Assembly: GCA_965198165.1 (NCBI GenBank)
Contig: OZ240244.1
Span: 1,258,061 to 1,322,060 of the forward strand
Direction: 5' to 3'
From: Candidatus Poribacteria bacterium
GTDB taxonomy: Bacteria; Poribacteria; WGA-4E; PCPOR2b
DNA length: 64,000 nt
Made by a program: the position numbers and the translations under genes. The notes beneath the pieces are model-generated. The model made no database searches, was not told the DNA's origin, and worked only from the letters and a program-made list of their open reading frames with translations. Shown piece after piece: positions 1 to 9,190 of this stretch (the stretch's first letter is position 1; every line of letters begins with the position of its first letter).

Positions 1-568
1 GCTCACGGGCAAACAGAGCAGCAAGGATGGCGTTGCCCGCAAACAGTGCGGTCGCAACATCCACGATGGCAACCCCTACCTTCATCGGCGTACCGTCACG
101 TTCCCCAGTGATAGACATGAAACCGCCGCGCCCCTGAATCAGGAAATCGTAGCCGGGCAGATTACGGTCAGGGCCTGTGTGCCCAAAGCCGCTGATCGAG
201 CAGTAAATCAGGCGCGGGTTCATTGATTTTAGCGTCTCATAGCCGAAACCGAGTTCGTCCAAACCGCCAATGCGAAAGTTCTCAATCAACACATCGCTCT
301 GCTGAACGAGTGCTCGGACAATATCGCCCCCGCGCTCATGCTTGAGGTTGAGCGTGAGGCTTCTCTTGTTACGATTGCAGCACAGATAGTACGCCGATTC
401 CCCCCCGACAAACGGCGGTCCCCACTGTCGCGTCTCATCCCCGACATCAGGTCGCTCGACCTTGACAACATCTGCCCCCAAATCGCCGAGCATCATCCCA
501 CAGTAGGGTCCGGCGAGGTGGCGGGATAGGTCAAGGACGCGAATGCCGGTTAATGCACCTGCCATCAT
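1..568 (-). CDS. CoA transferase family III (CaiB/BaiF-like), C-terminal part lies beyond the window edge
   Basis: Reverse translation from 568 reads MMAGALTGIRVLDLSRHLAGPYCGMMLGDLGADVVKVERP... The GIRVLDLS..AGP motif and length are typical of family III CoA transferases. The ORF continues past position 1. Confidence 0.75.
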   Translation of the reverse strand, partial: MMAGALTGIRVLDLSRHLAGPYCGMMLGDLGADVVKVERPDVGDETRQWGPPFVGGESAYYLCCNRNKRSLTLNLKHERGGDIVRALVQQSDVLIENFRIGGLDELGFGYETLKSMNPRLIYCSISGFGHTGPDRNLPGYDFLIQGRGGFMSITGERDGTPMKVGVAIVDVATALFAGNAILAALFARE

Positions 569-602
569 CCCCCTCCTCACAAATAAGGCGTACGATTGTC
601 AT

Positions 603-1799
603 TTAACACGATTCAAACGGATAGGGCGGCAGTGGATTGGTGACCGGTTTATCAACGCGGTAGCCAAGCGCATAATCCGCCTGAATCAACTGATGAATCT
701 CCTGGGTCCCCTCATAGATCAGTGTCCCGCGCGCATTGCGGAAATAGCGTTCAACAGGGTACTCGTCGCTGTAACCGTGTGCGCCATGAATCTGTATTGC
801 GTCATCTGCGGCGCGGAAGGCATTCTGGCAGTTCGTCCACTTTGCGAGACTCACCTCGCGGGTGCACCGGTGCCCCTGATTCTTCATCCATCCAACCTGA
901 TAACTGAGCAACCGCCCAATGTCGCGTCCAGCGACCATGTTAGCGATTTTTTGCTGGACAAGTTGATGCTTACCGATGGGTTGTCCAAAGGTCTCACGCT
1001 GTTTGGCATAAGCCACGCTCGCCTCAAGACACGCCACTATCAGGCCAACGGCACCGGAAGCAACGGTATAACGCCCATTGTCCAGGGCACTCATTGCGAT
1101 TTTGAAGCCTTCGCCCTCCGCACCGAGACGGTTCTCTACAGGTACGCGCACATCTTCGAGGCGAATATGCCCTACGTTTCCCATCCGCCCGCCTAACTTG
1201 TGGTCAATGCTCGATGTACTCACGCCATCAAAACGCCGCTCAACAATGAACGCAGAGATGCCGCGATGTTTTGCCGAACGGTCAGTGTAAGCAAATATCA
1301 GAAAGTTATCGGCGATATCGGCACAGCCAATCCACGTTTTCTCGCCGTTGAGCAGGTAGGTCTCACCATCACGCTGGGCGGTTGTGCGGATGCCTGCGAC
1401 ATCACTCCCCGCACCCGGTTCCGTGAGGCCAAACGCCGCAAGTTTTTCACCCCGCGCTTGCGGCACGAGATACGTTTGCTTCTGCGCTTCGCTCCCCCAC
1501 TGAAACAACGCCAGCGAATTGAGCGCGAGATGCACCGCAATCAGGACGCGAAATGCGCTGTCACCACGCTCCAACTCTTCCGAAACGATACCGAGGCTCA
1601 AGTAATCCAAACCCAATCCGCCATATTGACGGGGGATGCAGACCCCCAACAGTCCCTCCGCCGCCATCTTCCGCACAACCTCGGATGGTAGATGCTGTGC
1701 TCGGTCCCAGTCACGCACACTGGGTAGAATCTCGCGCTGACAAAATGCGCGTGTGCGCTGGCGGATGGCTTCATGGTCTGAGGTTAATGTGAAGTCCAT
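603..1799 (-). CDS. acyl-CoA dehydrogenase
   Basis: 398-aa ORF with ACAD hallmarks (..GAHGYSDEYPVERYFRNARGTLIYEGTQEIHQL..) and an N-terminal alpha domain. Confidence 0.9.
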   Translation of the reverse strand: MDFTLTSDHEAIRQRTRAFCQREILPSVRDWDRAQHLPSEVVRKMAAEGLLGVCIPRQYGGLGLDYLSLGIVSEELERGDSAFRVLIAVHLALNSLALFQWGSEAQKQTYLVPQARGEKLAAFGLTEPGAGSDVAGIRTTAQRDGETYLLNGEKTWIGCADIADNFLIFAYTDRSAKHRGISAFIVERRFDGVSTSSIDHKLGGRMGNVGHIRLEDVRVPVENRLGAEGEGFKIAMSALDNGRYTVASGAVGLIVACLEASVAYAKQRETFGQPIGKHQLVQQKIANMVAGRDIGRLLSYQVGWMKNQGHRCTREVSLAKWTNCQNAFRAADDAIQIHGAHGYSDEYPVERYFRNARGTLIYEGTQEIHQLIQADYALGYRVDKPVTNPLPPYPFESC

Positions 1800-1814
1800 A
1801 ATTTAGCTCTCTGA

Positions 1815-1870
1815 CCCCTTCTGCTCTGCTTTGCGCCTTTGCATCTTTGCGCCTTTGCGTTAAAATTCTA
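1815..1870. repeat. short tandem/dispersed repeat (ctttgcgcctttgc units); an inverted copy lies at 61657-61725
   Basis: Reverse complement of 1815-1870 matches ttaacgcaaaggcgcaaagatgcaaaggcgca found at 61657-61725. Confidence 0.5.
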
Positions 1871-1904
1871 CGTCTTTGCGTTTTGTGTAAAGTGGCAACT
1901 CGGA

Positions 1905-2807
1905 TTATTCCAATAAGCTTTCAACGTGCTCCCGTAGCCCCTGTTCAATTGACGTACTCGGCACTTTGAGGCCGCTAGATTCCAACCGATTTAGGTCATA
2001 GATTCGATGGCAGAGGAACGGTGCCGCTTCAGGATGTGCTACCAAGTGCTCAGTCACTGAGAGTTCCTCAACGTTGAGTTCAACGCCAAGCAACTCGGCG
2101 ATGATTCGGTAATATTCACGAGATTCGATGATGTCTGGACCGGCGGCACAGAAAATCTGATTGTAAGTGTTTTCATTACCGCCTATGCTCAAGAGGAGGT
2201 CAGCCAGATCTCTAGCGAGGATCGGTTGCTGCAAAAAGTGTCCTCCGCCGACAAGTTGTAGCACTTCCCCCGCCCTGAGCTTTGAAATGAGTTGCGCGTC
2301 ACGCCCGTGCAACGGTAGGCAACCGAGTAGCGACCCGGGCCCATAAATGTGGCATGGTCGAACAATCGTGCACTGCATATCCCCCGTATCGCTGCCGGTC
2401 AGGGCCAACTCGCAAAGTCTCTTTTTGCCGCCATATCCGCCTGAGAAGTAATAATCGCTCTCCTCACCTTGTGGGAACTGGCGATGCGAAGGGTCAAACA
2501 CAAAATCGGTTGATACAAATACCAGATGCGGTGTTAAGTAGCGGAACACAGCGATATCTTGTTCGGCATCCTCCTCCTCGTAGCCGATGCAATCAATGAC
2601 GAGGTCCCAATTCGTCCCCGCCTCAGCAACCACTTGGGCAAATATCGCCCGCTCCTGCCGGTCAGCAATCAGACCAATAACCCCATCAGGGAGTGGTCGT
2701 TGACCGCGTGTTATCGTCCAAACCGTATGCCCATCAGCAACCGCCCTCTGCGCTAAAGTACCGCTAACGAAGCCGCTGCCGCCGATGATGAGAATGTTAG
2801 ATGACAT
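1905..2807 (-). CDS. NAD-dependent epimerase/dehydratase (extended SDR)
   Basis: MSSNILIIGGSGFVSG Rossmann motif. AGGAG RBS lies 7 nt upstream of the internal ATG at 2807. The longer ORF start at 2855 lacks an RBS. Confidence 0.8.
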   Translation of the reverse strand: MSSNILIIGGSGFVSGTLAQRAVADGHTVWTITRGQRPLPDGVIGLIADRQERAIFAQVVAEAGTNWDLVIDCIGYEEEDAEQDIAVFRYLTPHLVFVSTDFVFDPSHRQFPQGEESDYYFSGGYGGKKRLCELALTGSDTGDMQCTIVRPCHIYGPGSLLGCLPLHGRDAQLISKLRAGEVLQLVGGGHFLQQPILARDLADLLLSIGGNENTYNQIFCAAGPDIIESREYYRIIAELLGVELNVEELSVTEHLVAHPEAAPFLCHRIYDLNRLESSGLKVPSTSIEQGLREHVESLLE

Positions 2808-3195
2808 TGAAATTTCTCCTAATTGGAAGTCGTGACCAGTTTCAGAACGCGACATGCCCCAATTCCCACGCTCCAGATGAAGTTTCAGAATTTAAACGGG
2901 TAACCCCAGTTCCCCCCGGATAACGGTCCCACCCCGGTAGGTGCGGTTTTGCGTCAAGTTGCGTCGAGTCATCTGAAGACAGATGGGCAGAGGAATTTTA
3001 ACGCCAGGGCGGCGTAGAAACCAAGTTTTTTGCGTCGCGTTCATCGCGCCACCCGTAGGGGCGGGGTCTCCCCGCCCGTTCTACGGCAACCAAACTCGGT
3101 TGCTCTGAACAGGTGCTCGCACGCTCTATCGCCCATCCTGAAAATTATAGCATATATCTTAACCAAGTTGCCACCTTGGTAATATAACGAGAAAG

Positions 3196-3267
3196 AAACC
3201 GAGTTTTTTGCGTCTCGTCATCGGGTTTCCATCCGCAAGGATCGGCAAAACTCGGTTTCTTGAATTG
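3196..3267. repeat. MITE-like inverted-repeat element (gaaaccgagtttt...aaaactcggtttc)
   Basis: About 13-bp terminal inverted repeats. The same about 65-bp unit occurs in opposite orientation at 16131-16195. Partial copies lie at 3003-3030, 28786-28812, 44256-44290 and 49836-49860. Confidence 0.6.
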
Positions 3268-3276
3268 GTAGCAACT

Positions 3277-3540
3277 TATACCATTTCTGAAAATTTATAT
3301 CGCGTTAGCGGTTTTGATGAAATATCAAACGCCTGTAATCCCGGCTACGGGGGTGCGGTTGATGACGCTTTCTTTGAAAGTGGCAACATGAGTTGACGCA
3401 CATCGTTATCCGATGGGGCAAGATGCCCCGGCTACGGGGGGCTGATGCGTTTTTGCTTATGACTTTCTTTGAAAGTGGCAACATGAGTTGACGCAAATCG
3501 GACTTCCATTAACGAGTGATTTATTATCGGAATTGGTATT
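3277..3540 (+). repeat. about 260-bp dispersed repeat, copy 1 (copy 2 at 54886-55150)
   Basis: Near-identical sequence at both loci. It contains two internal direct repeats of tttctttgaaagtggcaacatgagttgacgca. Confidence 0.8.
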
Positions 3541-3674
3541 ACGTTAGGTTATCTGAATCAAGCAACTTCCAATATAAAATATGCACATTGTACGTTGATG
3601 GAGGGCGGGGGAACCCCGCCCCTACAGTCTTTGCGCCTGATGAAAATCGAAACATTATTTTTGAAACTTGCTCA

Positions 3675-3806
3675 ATAAGCAGGTTTAAGAATAAAAGTTT
3701 CGATTCCGATTCCAAAGAAATCAAGTTTTTGCAAGGGACGGGCGGGGGGACTCCGCCCCTACGGGTTCAAGAATGTGAAAATTACTATTAAAACTTGCTT
3801 ACTGAA
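3675..3806 (+). repeat. about 130-bp dispersed repeat (second copy at 35786-35912), ending in the aatgtgaaaattactattaaaacttgctt motif
   Basis: Near-identical copies. The 3' motif also recurs at 16085-16120, 16196-16230 and 50063-50092. Both long copies abut the 5' end of a + strand ORF. Confidence 0.75.
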
Positions 3807-3839
3807 ATTTTTATTGATAGATTATTGCATATATCTACA

Positions 3840-4190
3840 GTGACCGTTGATGTGATGAATCTCGCCCTAGCGGAGTTTGCCGATGCCGTGAATCCTGAGG
3901 GCAAGAAACAGATATTGTTAGTGTTGGATTGTGCGGGGTTTCACACGAGCGATGCGCTGGAAGTGCCAGCGGGTATAGAGTTATTTTATTTGCCCCCTTA
4001 TTCTCCGGAGTTGCAACCTGCCGAGAGGCTTTGGCCGTTACTAAAGGAGGTGATTGCCAACCGTGTAATGAAGACACTTTGTGCGCTTGAGGAAGTGATT
4101 GTGAATCGGTGTCGCTGGTTTTTGAACAACTGCGAGATTGTGCAATCTCATGTCGGTTTTGAGTGGATTTGCAAAACCGATACACAATAA
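3840..4190 (+). pseudogene. IS630/Tc1-mariner family transposase, C-terminal DDE fragment only
   Basis: The LPPYSPELQPAERLW motif (canonical IS630 DDE region) is present. No N-terminal HTH part or intact start is visible. Confidence 0.65.
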
Positions 4191-4681
4191 AATTCCAGTT
4201 AATTTGGTATTAGAGGTTCCCGGCTGTTCAGCGTATCGCACACTTCTTGATGCGATCTATTCAGCAAGAGGCATAGAAACTGACGAAGCGGGAGAAAAAA
4301 ATGTCGTCATGCACTACGAGAAGCCTCTGAAAAACTATGGGAAGAATACCGAAAAAAAACCTGTAGTTTCGCCAGACTACTCAAAGGTTGAGTATCAATA
4401 GGCGTATTTGTTACGCTACTTGCTGCCATATTCCCAACCTGTTCCTTATATTCTCAATCGTCCGATACTAAAGAAGAGCTTCTTATTTCAACTGCCAGAA
4501 GATGGGGTCTTGACCGCCTCTTTCTTTGGGTGTGGTCCTGGGCCAGAACTCTTTGGACTCATGCGTTACTTGGGCGGACCTGAATCTCGCATTAATATTT
4601 CCGCCACTATGTTGGATCGCTGCGACTGGAAACCCGGCAGAAAAATTGTCCGTGAGCACTTATCAATCTTGCGTGTAAGCC

Positions 4682-6118
4682 CCCATCCCTTTAGGGTGGG
4701 GATGTAACACGCCGCAGCGCGCGCGTCTGAACCATTCAGACGCGCGTAAAAAACCTTGTAAATTTCGATGGGATATGCTATGCTCCTTCTACCGTTTCGA
4801 GGCAAGGGTTCACACTCGCAACCTAGCGGGTGCTTGCCTCACCTTCTGAAACAAGGCATAAACGGTGAAACGGAATCCCATGCGAACATTTAAATACAAA
4901 CTACAAAACCACAAGCGCAACAAACACTTACATCGCGACTTGGAAATCATCGCCCACGTTTACAACCACTTCGTGGCATTGTGTCGCCGCCACTATCGCA
5001 TCTATGGACAGTGCGAAGGCTACAAGCGTTTGACATTCAGTCGAATGTCCAAGCACCTCACGAAACTCAAACGGCTTGATAAGTTTGCCCACTGGCACAT
5101 CCCGTTTTCGTGGGCAGTCCAAAACGCTTTGAAACGGATTGAACTCGGGTATATCAACTTCTTTGAGAACCGTGCCAAACGGCCACCCAAATTCCGTAGC
5201 CGTAAAAAATACCGGTCAATGACGTTTGACGGTTCGCAAATCAAAATAGAACCCTTCGCCGATGCGGAATATGGCATCCGCCATGTCCCCGTTGCGAAAA
5301 TCCGCGTCCGTGGGCGTTGGTATCGGTTCTGGTATTCGAGACCGATTGAAGGCAACATCAAGCAAGTCACAGTCAAGCGTGACGGGCTTGGCGATTTCTA
5401 CATTACCATTACAACAGATTTGAATGGGTCGCTTGTCGATAGGCGACCCATTCAAGAAGGATTAACCCCTGAACCACTAACTGGTGAAACAGCAGGGTTT
5501 GATTTTGGGTTAAAAACCTTTCTCACTTGTTCTGATGAAACGAAATACGAATCGCCCCTGTTCTATAAACGCTCTGCCCGCCAGGTTGCCAAAGCCTCAC
5601 GGTCGCTGTCCAAAAAGAAACGGGACAGTAACAACCGTGAAAAAGCACGAAAGCACCTTGCCCGTGCCCACCGTAAAATTCAACGCCAGCGTGAAGATAA
5701 TCACTTCAAACTTGCCATCGACCTCGTCCGCAGGTTTGACTTCTGCTTTTTTGAGGACTTAAACCTCAAGGGTATGGCACGGCTTTGGGGCAAAAAAGTG
5801 CTTGACCTCGCCTTCGGTGACTTCATGTTGAAAATACGATGGCAAGCCCATAAGCGGTGCAAGCGTGTTGAAACCATTAACCGTTGGATTGCCACAACAA
5901 CGGTTTGCCACAGTTGCGGTCAAAAACACGCCTTCATAGACCTCAAAGTCCGTGAATGGCGTTGTTCATGTGGTATCAAACACGACCGCGATGTGAACGC
6001 CGCAAAAGTGGTTCACAAGGTTGGGACATCAACCTTTGCCGGAGAGAGTGTTAGACTCGCTACAGCGGGCTTCCCTCTATGATAGCAGAATCCCCATCCC
6101 TTTAGGGTGGGGAGTATG
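4682..6118 (+). mobile_element. IS200/IS605-family tnpB-only (IS1341-like) element
   Basis: The imperfect palindrome ccccatccctttagggtgggg occurs at 4682-4704 and 6094-6116, flanking a tnpB gene. This is consistent with LE/RE subterminal hairpins. No tnpA is present. Confidence 0.6.
4865..6082 (+). CDS. tnpB: TnpB (OrfB) RNA-guided endonuclease-like transposase-associated protein
   Basis: 405 aa. N-terminal FKYKLQ motif. RuvC-I (GFDFGLK), RuvC-II (FEDLNLKGM), zinc finger (CHSCG...CSCG) and RuvC-III (HDRDVNAA) are all present. Confidence 0.85.
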   Translation: MKRNPMRTFKYKLQNHKRNKHLHRDLEIIAHVYNHFVALCRRHYRIYGQCEGYKRLTFSRMSKHLTKLKRLDKFAHWHIPFSWAVQNALKRIELGYINFFENRAKRPPKFRSRKKYRSMTFDGSQIKIEPFADAEYGIRHVPVAKIRVRGRWYRFWYSRPIEGNIKQVTVKRDGLGDFYITITTDLNGSLVDRRPIQEGLTPEPLTGETAGFDFGLKTFLTCSDETKYESPLFYKRSARQVAKASRSLSKKKRDSNNREKARKHLARAHRKIQRQREDNHFKLAIDLVRRFDFCFFEDLNLKGMARLWGKKVLDLAFGDFMLKIRWQAHKRCKRVETINRWIATTTVCHSCGQKHAFIDLKVREWRCSCGIKHDRDVNAAKVVHKVGTSTFAGESVRLATAGFPL

Positions 6119-6135
6119 TCAATACCTGAATCTTA
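6000..6135 (+). ncRNA. putative omega-RNA (reRNA) for TnpB, spanning the tnpB 3' end and the RE hairpin
   Basis: Assigned by position, by analogy with characterised IS200/IS605 TnpB systems. The hairpin at 6094-6116 would be the scaffold 3' stem. The guide would extend into flanking DNA. Confidence 0.3.
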
Positions 6136-6416
6136 TGATATTCACGAGTTCACGTCAGACCTCGTGGGAAAAGAAGCTGACTTTTTACCTGATGATTCGG
6201 GAGAGTGGGTGAGCAAATCTGACTTAGTCGTCATGCAACACTAACAAAAGCCTGGCAGACTTTGGAAATTCCTAATGTTTTTCATTGCACAAATAGCTTG
6301 ATCTGTGATAAAGTGTTATTGGGTTAGAAATGAGTCTTTGGTGATAGAGCCCGAAGAGAGCAAATTGACTCTGCTGCTGGGCTATTACAAGTTCAATACA
6401 AATTAAGGAGGGACAG

Positions 6417-7613
6417 ATGAAAAATATCAGACACTTAACCGTAATTTCTCTGGTCGTATTTGTTGGGATGATCAGTTTGGCACTGGTGAGTTGCGAGCAG
6501 AAAAGCGGGCAGAAAGATGAAGTTAAAATTGCTGTTGCGGGCCCCTTTACCGGGAGTGTCGCGGCGTTTGGAGAAATGATCAAGCGGGGTGCGGAACTTA
6601 GGGCGAAGGAGATTAACGCCGCTGGCGGTGTCAACGGCAAAACGTTGAAGCTCATCTTTGAAGATGATACCGGAAAAGATAAGGAAGCGGGAAATGTCGC
6701 AACCAAAATTGCAACCAATCGGCAGATTCTAGCGGTGATTGGTCACTTCAATAGTTCCTGTTCATTAGCAGGGAAACCGATTTATAAGCAATACGGAATC
6801 GTTGAGCTGTCCCCCGGCTCTACCAACGTGCGTGTCTGCAAAGGGAGCGATTGGACATTCCGCAACCTATATCATGACGGTTTCCAGGGAAGATTCATTG
6901 CAAAGTATATCAAAGACGTGTTGACAGATGTTCAAAGTGTTGCAGTTTTCTTTGATAACGATGATTACGGACGTGGTCTCAGAGATACGTTCACAGAAGC
7001 GGCAGAAAAAATTGGACTCGAAATTGTTGCGTCAGAGGCGTATGACCGGGATAACACTGACTTTAAGGCACAATTAACCAGCATTAAAGGGAAAAACCCA
7101 GATATGATTTTTATCTCTGGCTTATACGCACAAGCGAGTTTAATCGTTTCACAGGCGCGCGAAACCGGCATAACCGTACCATTCTTCGGTGCAGATGGTG
7201 TTGATTCTCCCGATTTTCTGAAAAACGCTGGTCAAGCCGCCGAAGGCACATACATTACAACACCGTTTGCGTTTGAAATCGGCACCCCTGAAGCCCAAAG
7301 GGTTTATGAGGCATTTGAAGCAGACTACGGCAAAGCACCTGATACATGGGCGGCGTTGACTTATGATGCGCTCGGAATGATCGTCGAAGCCATTGAAAAA
7401 GTGGGAGAAAATCGAAAGGCTATCCGCGACTATTTGGCATCAATTGATACGCCAGAAGAGGGATATGCAGGAATCACCGGATTGACTTACTTCGACGAAA
7501 ATGGGGATTGCGTGAAGCCTGCTTATGTCAAAAGGGTCAAAGACGGTAAATTTGTCGCTGCCGAAAAACAGATGACTGACACTGAAGTAACGGAAAGCCT
7601 TTTCAAGCAATGA
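6417..7613 (+). CDS. branched-chain amino acid ABC transporter substrate-binding lipoprotein (LivK/LivJ family)
   Basis: Signal peptide with LVSC lipobox. Periplasmic-binding-protein type I fold motifs (KIAVAGPFTGS..INAAGGVNGK). AGGAGG RBS. Confidence 0.85.
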   Translation: MKNIRHLTVISLVVFVGMISLALVSCEQKSGQKDEVKIAVAGPFTGSVAAFGEMIKRGAELRAKEINAAGGVNGKTLKLIFEDDTGKDKEAGNVATKIATNRQILAVIGHFNSSCSLAGKPIYKQYGIVELSPGSTNVRVCKGSDWTFRNLYHDGFQGRFIAKYIKDVLTDVQSVAVFFDNDDYGRGLRDTFTEAAEKIGLEIVASEAYDRDNTDFKAQLTSIKGKNPDMIFISGLYAQASLIVSQARETGITVPFFGADGVDSPDFLKNAGQAAEGTYITTPFAFEIGTPEAQRVYEAFEADYGKAPDTWAALTYDALGMIVEAIEKVGENRKAIRDYLASIDTPEEGYAGITGLTYFDENGDCVKPAYVKRVKDGKFVAAEKQMTDTEVTESLFKQ

Positions 7614-7700
7614 AGTTACATACATTGGAACGAAACAGCATATCAAAATCGTGTGTAGCCTAACAATCGCTCGGTAGCCAAGGAGGATAATCAACATTTC

Positions 7701-8594
7701 ATGGCAGAACTGCTAGAACAGGTAATAAATGGTCTTATCCTTGGCGGCATCTATGCGCTGATTGCCGTCGGGTATACCATGGTGTATGGAATTATTCAAC
7801 TGATTAACTTTGCCCACGGTGAAATTTTCATGTTCGGGGCATATTTTGCGTTCCTATGCGTCACCACCTTTGGACTTCCATTTTGGGTCGCCCTACCAAT
7901 CAGCATGTTACTCTGCGCGACAATGGGCATGTTAATTGACTTCATCGCCTATCGCCCGCTTCGTAATGCACCCCGCCTATCTGCGCTAATCACCGCAATC
8001 GGCATATCACTCGTGCTGCAAAATCTCGCCCGAATGATTTGGGGTGCCGAATGGCGTGTATTCCCATCCGCAACCATACCGACTTTTCTGACCGAGAATT
8101 CCATTCCGTTGCCCGGGGGCGCCCAACTCCTATTTCGAGATATGTTTATTCTCGTACTGGCAGTCATCTTAATGGTGGGATTAAACCTAATTATTTACTT
8201 AACGAAAATCGGTAAAGCGATGCGGGCGTGTGCCCAGGACAAAGTTGCGGCACACCTGATGGGAATCAACACAAATTGGGTCATTTTGGTGACTTTCGCC
8301 ATTGGCTCTGCACTCGGAGCGGTTGCGGGTGTCATGGTCGGAGTGCGGGAGGTGATTGAGCCGACAATGGGGTATTACAAAGGAGTCGCGGCGTTTGCCG
8401 CAGCTGTGCTTGGCGGAATCGGCAATATCACAGGCGCAATGCTCGGCGGCCTGCTGCTCGGCATTGCTGAAACTCTCGGTGCAGGTTATATTTCGTCGGG
8501 CTATCGCCTTGCTATCGCCTATATTATCATGATTCTTGTGATTATCTTCCGTCCGTCTGGTCTGCTCGGTAAATCAACAGGGACACGGGCTTAA
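7701..8594 (+). CDS. branched-chain amino acid ABC transporter permease (LivH-like)
   Basis: 297 aa, polytopic. N-terminus INGLILGGIYALIAVGYTMVYG is typical of LivH. Confidence 0.85.
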   Translation: MAELLEQVINGLILGGIYALIAVGYTMVYGIIQLINFAHGEIFMFGAYFAFLCVTTFGLPFWVALPISMLLCATMGMLIDFIAYRPLRNAPRLSALITAIGISLVLQNLARMIWGAEWRVFPSATIPTFLTENSIPLPGGAQLLFRDMFILVLAVILMVGLNLIIYLTKIGKAMRACAQDKVAAHLMGINTNWVILVTFAIGSALGAVAGVMVGVREVIEPTMGYYKGVAAFAAAVLGGIGNITGAMLGGLLLGIAETLGAGYISSGYRLAIAYIIMILVIIFRPSGLLGKSTGTRA

Positions 8595-8681
8595 TGTTTC
8601 TCTATCCATTATCAAGGATTGGCGATTATAGTAAAGCCCATAATTACTGATACACCGTCGCCCCGCGTGCTTTGATGAAGA

Positions 8682-9030
8682 TTATCCGAGGACGGATGGT
8701 CGTCCGAAGACGGATGGCAACATGAGTTGACGCACGTGAGCGAGCGCAAAAAATAAGTAGGGTAATTTCATACGAGTGCCCGGTGTGGTTTCATGACGTT
8801 TATCCGAGGACGGATGGTCGTCCGAAGACGGATGGCAACATGAGTTGACGCACGTGAGCGAGCGCAAAAAATAAGTAGGGTAATAGCATACGGACACCCG
8901 GTGCGGTTGCATGACGTTTATCCGAGGACGGATGGTCGTCCGAAGACGGATGGCAACATGAGTTGACGCACGTGAGCGAGCGCAAAAAATAAATGGGGTA
9001 ATGGCATACGGGCGGTGCGGTAAACCGCAC
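8682..9030. repeat. three tandem copies of an about 118-bp satellite-like repeat
   Basis: Units begin at 8690, 8807 and 8925. Copies differ by point changes, not by unique spacers. Related copies lie at 20462-20600 and, inverted, at 49862-50040. Confidence 0.85.
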
Positions 9031-9119
9031 CTACCGGGCCTGGGAAAAACCTGGGTTACCCGATTAAATACTTAAACTTCATTAAACCGCACCTACCTTG
9101 GTTGGGGTGCCCCGTTTAA

Positions 9120-9190
9120 GTTCTTAAACTTCATCGAAGTACGCCTACCGGTAAATGTCACCATATTTTTGGATTTCACTACAAATTCAC
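9120..9190 (+). promoter_or_regulatory. conserved upstream element (cgcctaccggtaaatgtcaccatat...gatttcact), candidate promoter/leader
   Basis: The same about 40-bp block lies immediately 5' of a + strand gene at 15000-15043. It could be a promoter or operator carried on a repeat. Confidence 0.3.

Noticed and set aside
543-1196. 217-aa + strand ORF
   Set aside because: It lies entirely antisense to the well-supported acyl-CoA dehydrogenase gene and has no domain signal, so it is a spurious overlap ORF. The same reasoning applies to the antisense ORFs inside the ALDH (9598..10437, 10179..10544), carB (46540..48498 set) and membrane-protein (27831..28301) genes.
3305-3496. 63-aa ORF (MRQLMLPLSKKVISKN...) duplicated at 54916..55107, with related ORFs 8682..8912 and 8800..9030
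   Set aside because: The ORFs sit inside dispersed and tandem repeats and have no RBS. Their similarity simply reflects DNA repeat identity. They are probably not genes, though an sRNA cannot be excluded.
4138-4707. Two short ORFs (87 and 99 aa) between the IS630 fragment and the TnpB element
   Set aside because: There is no recognisable motif or RBS, and they sit within repeat modules. They could be remnants of eroded genes, but the support is too weak to call.
8682-9030. Possible CRISPR array (regular direct repeats)
   Set aside because: The unit is about 118 bp with no unique spacer segments; copies differ only by point changes. No cas genes are in the window. The same applies to the 28-bp tandem at 28965-29080.
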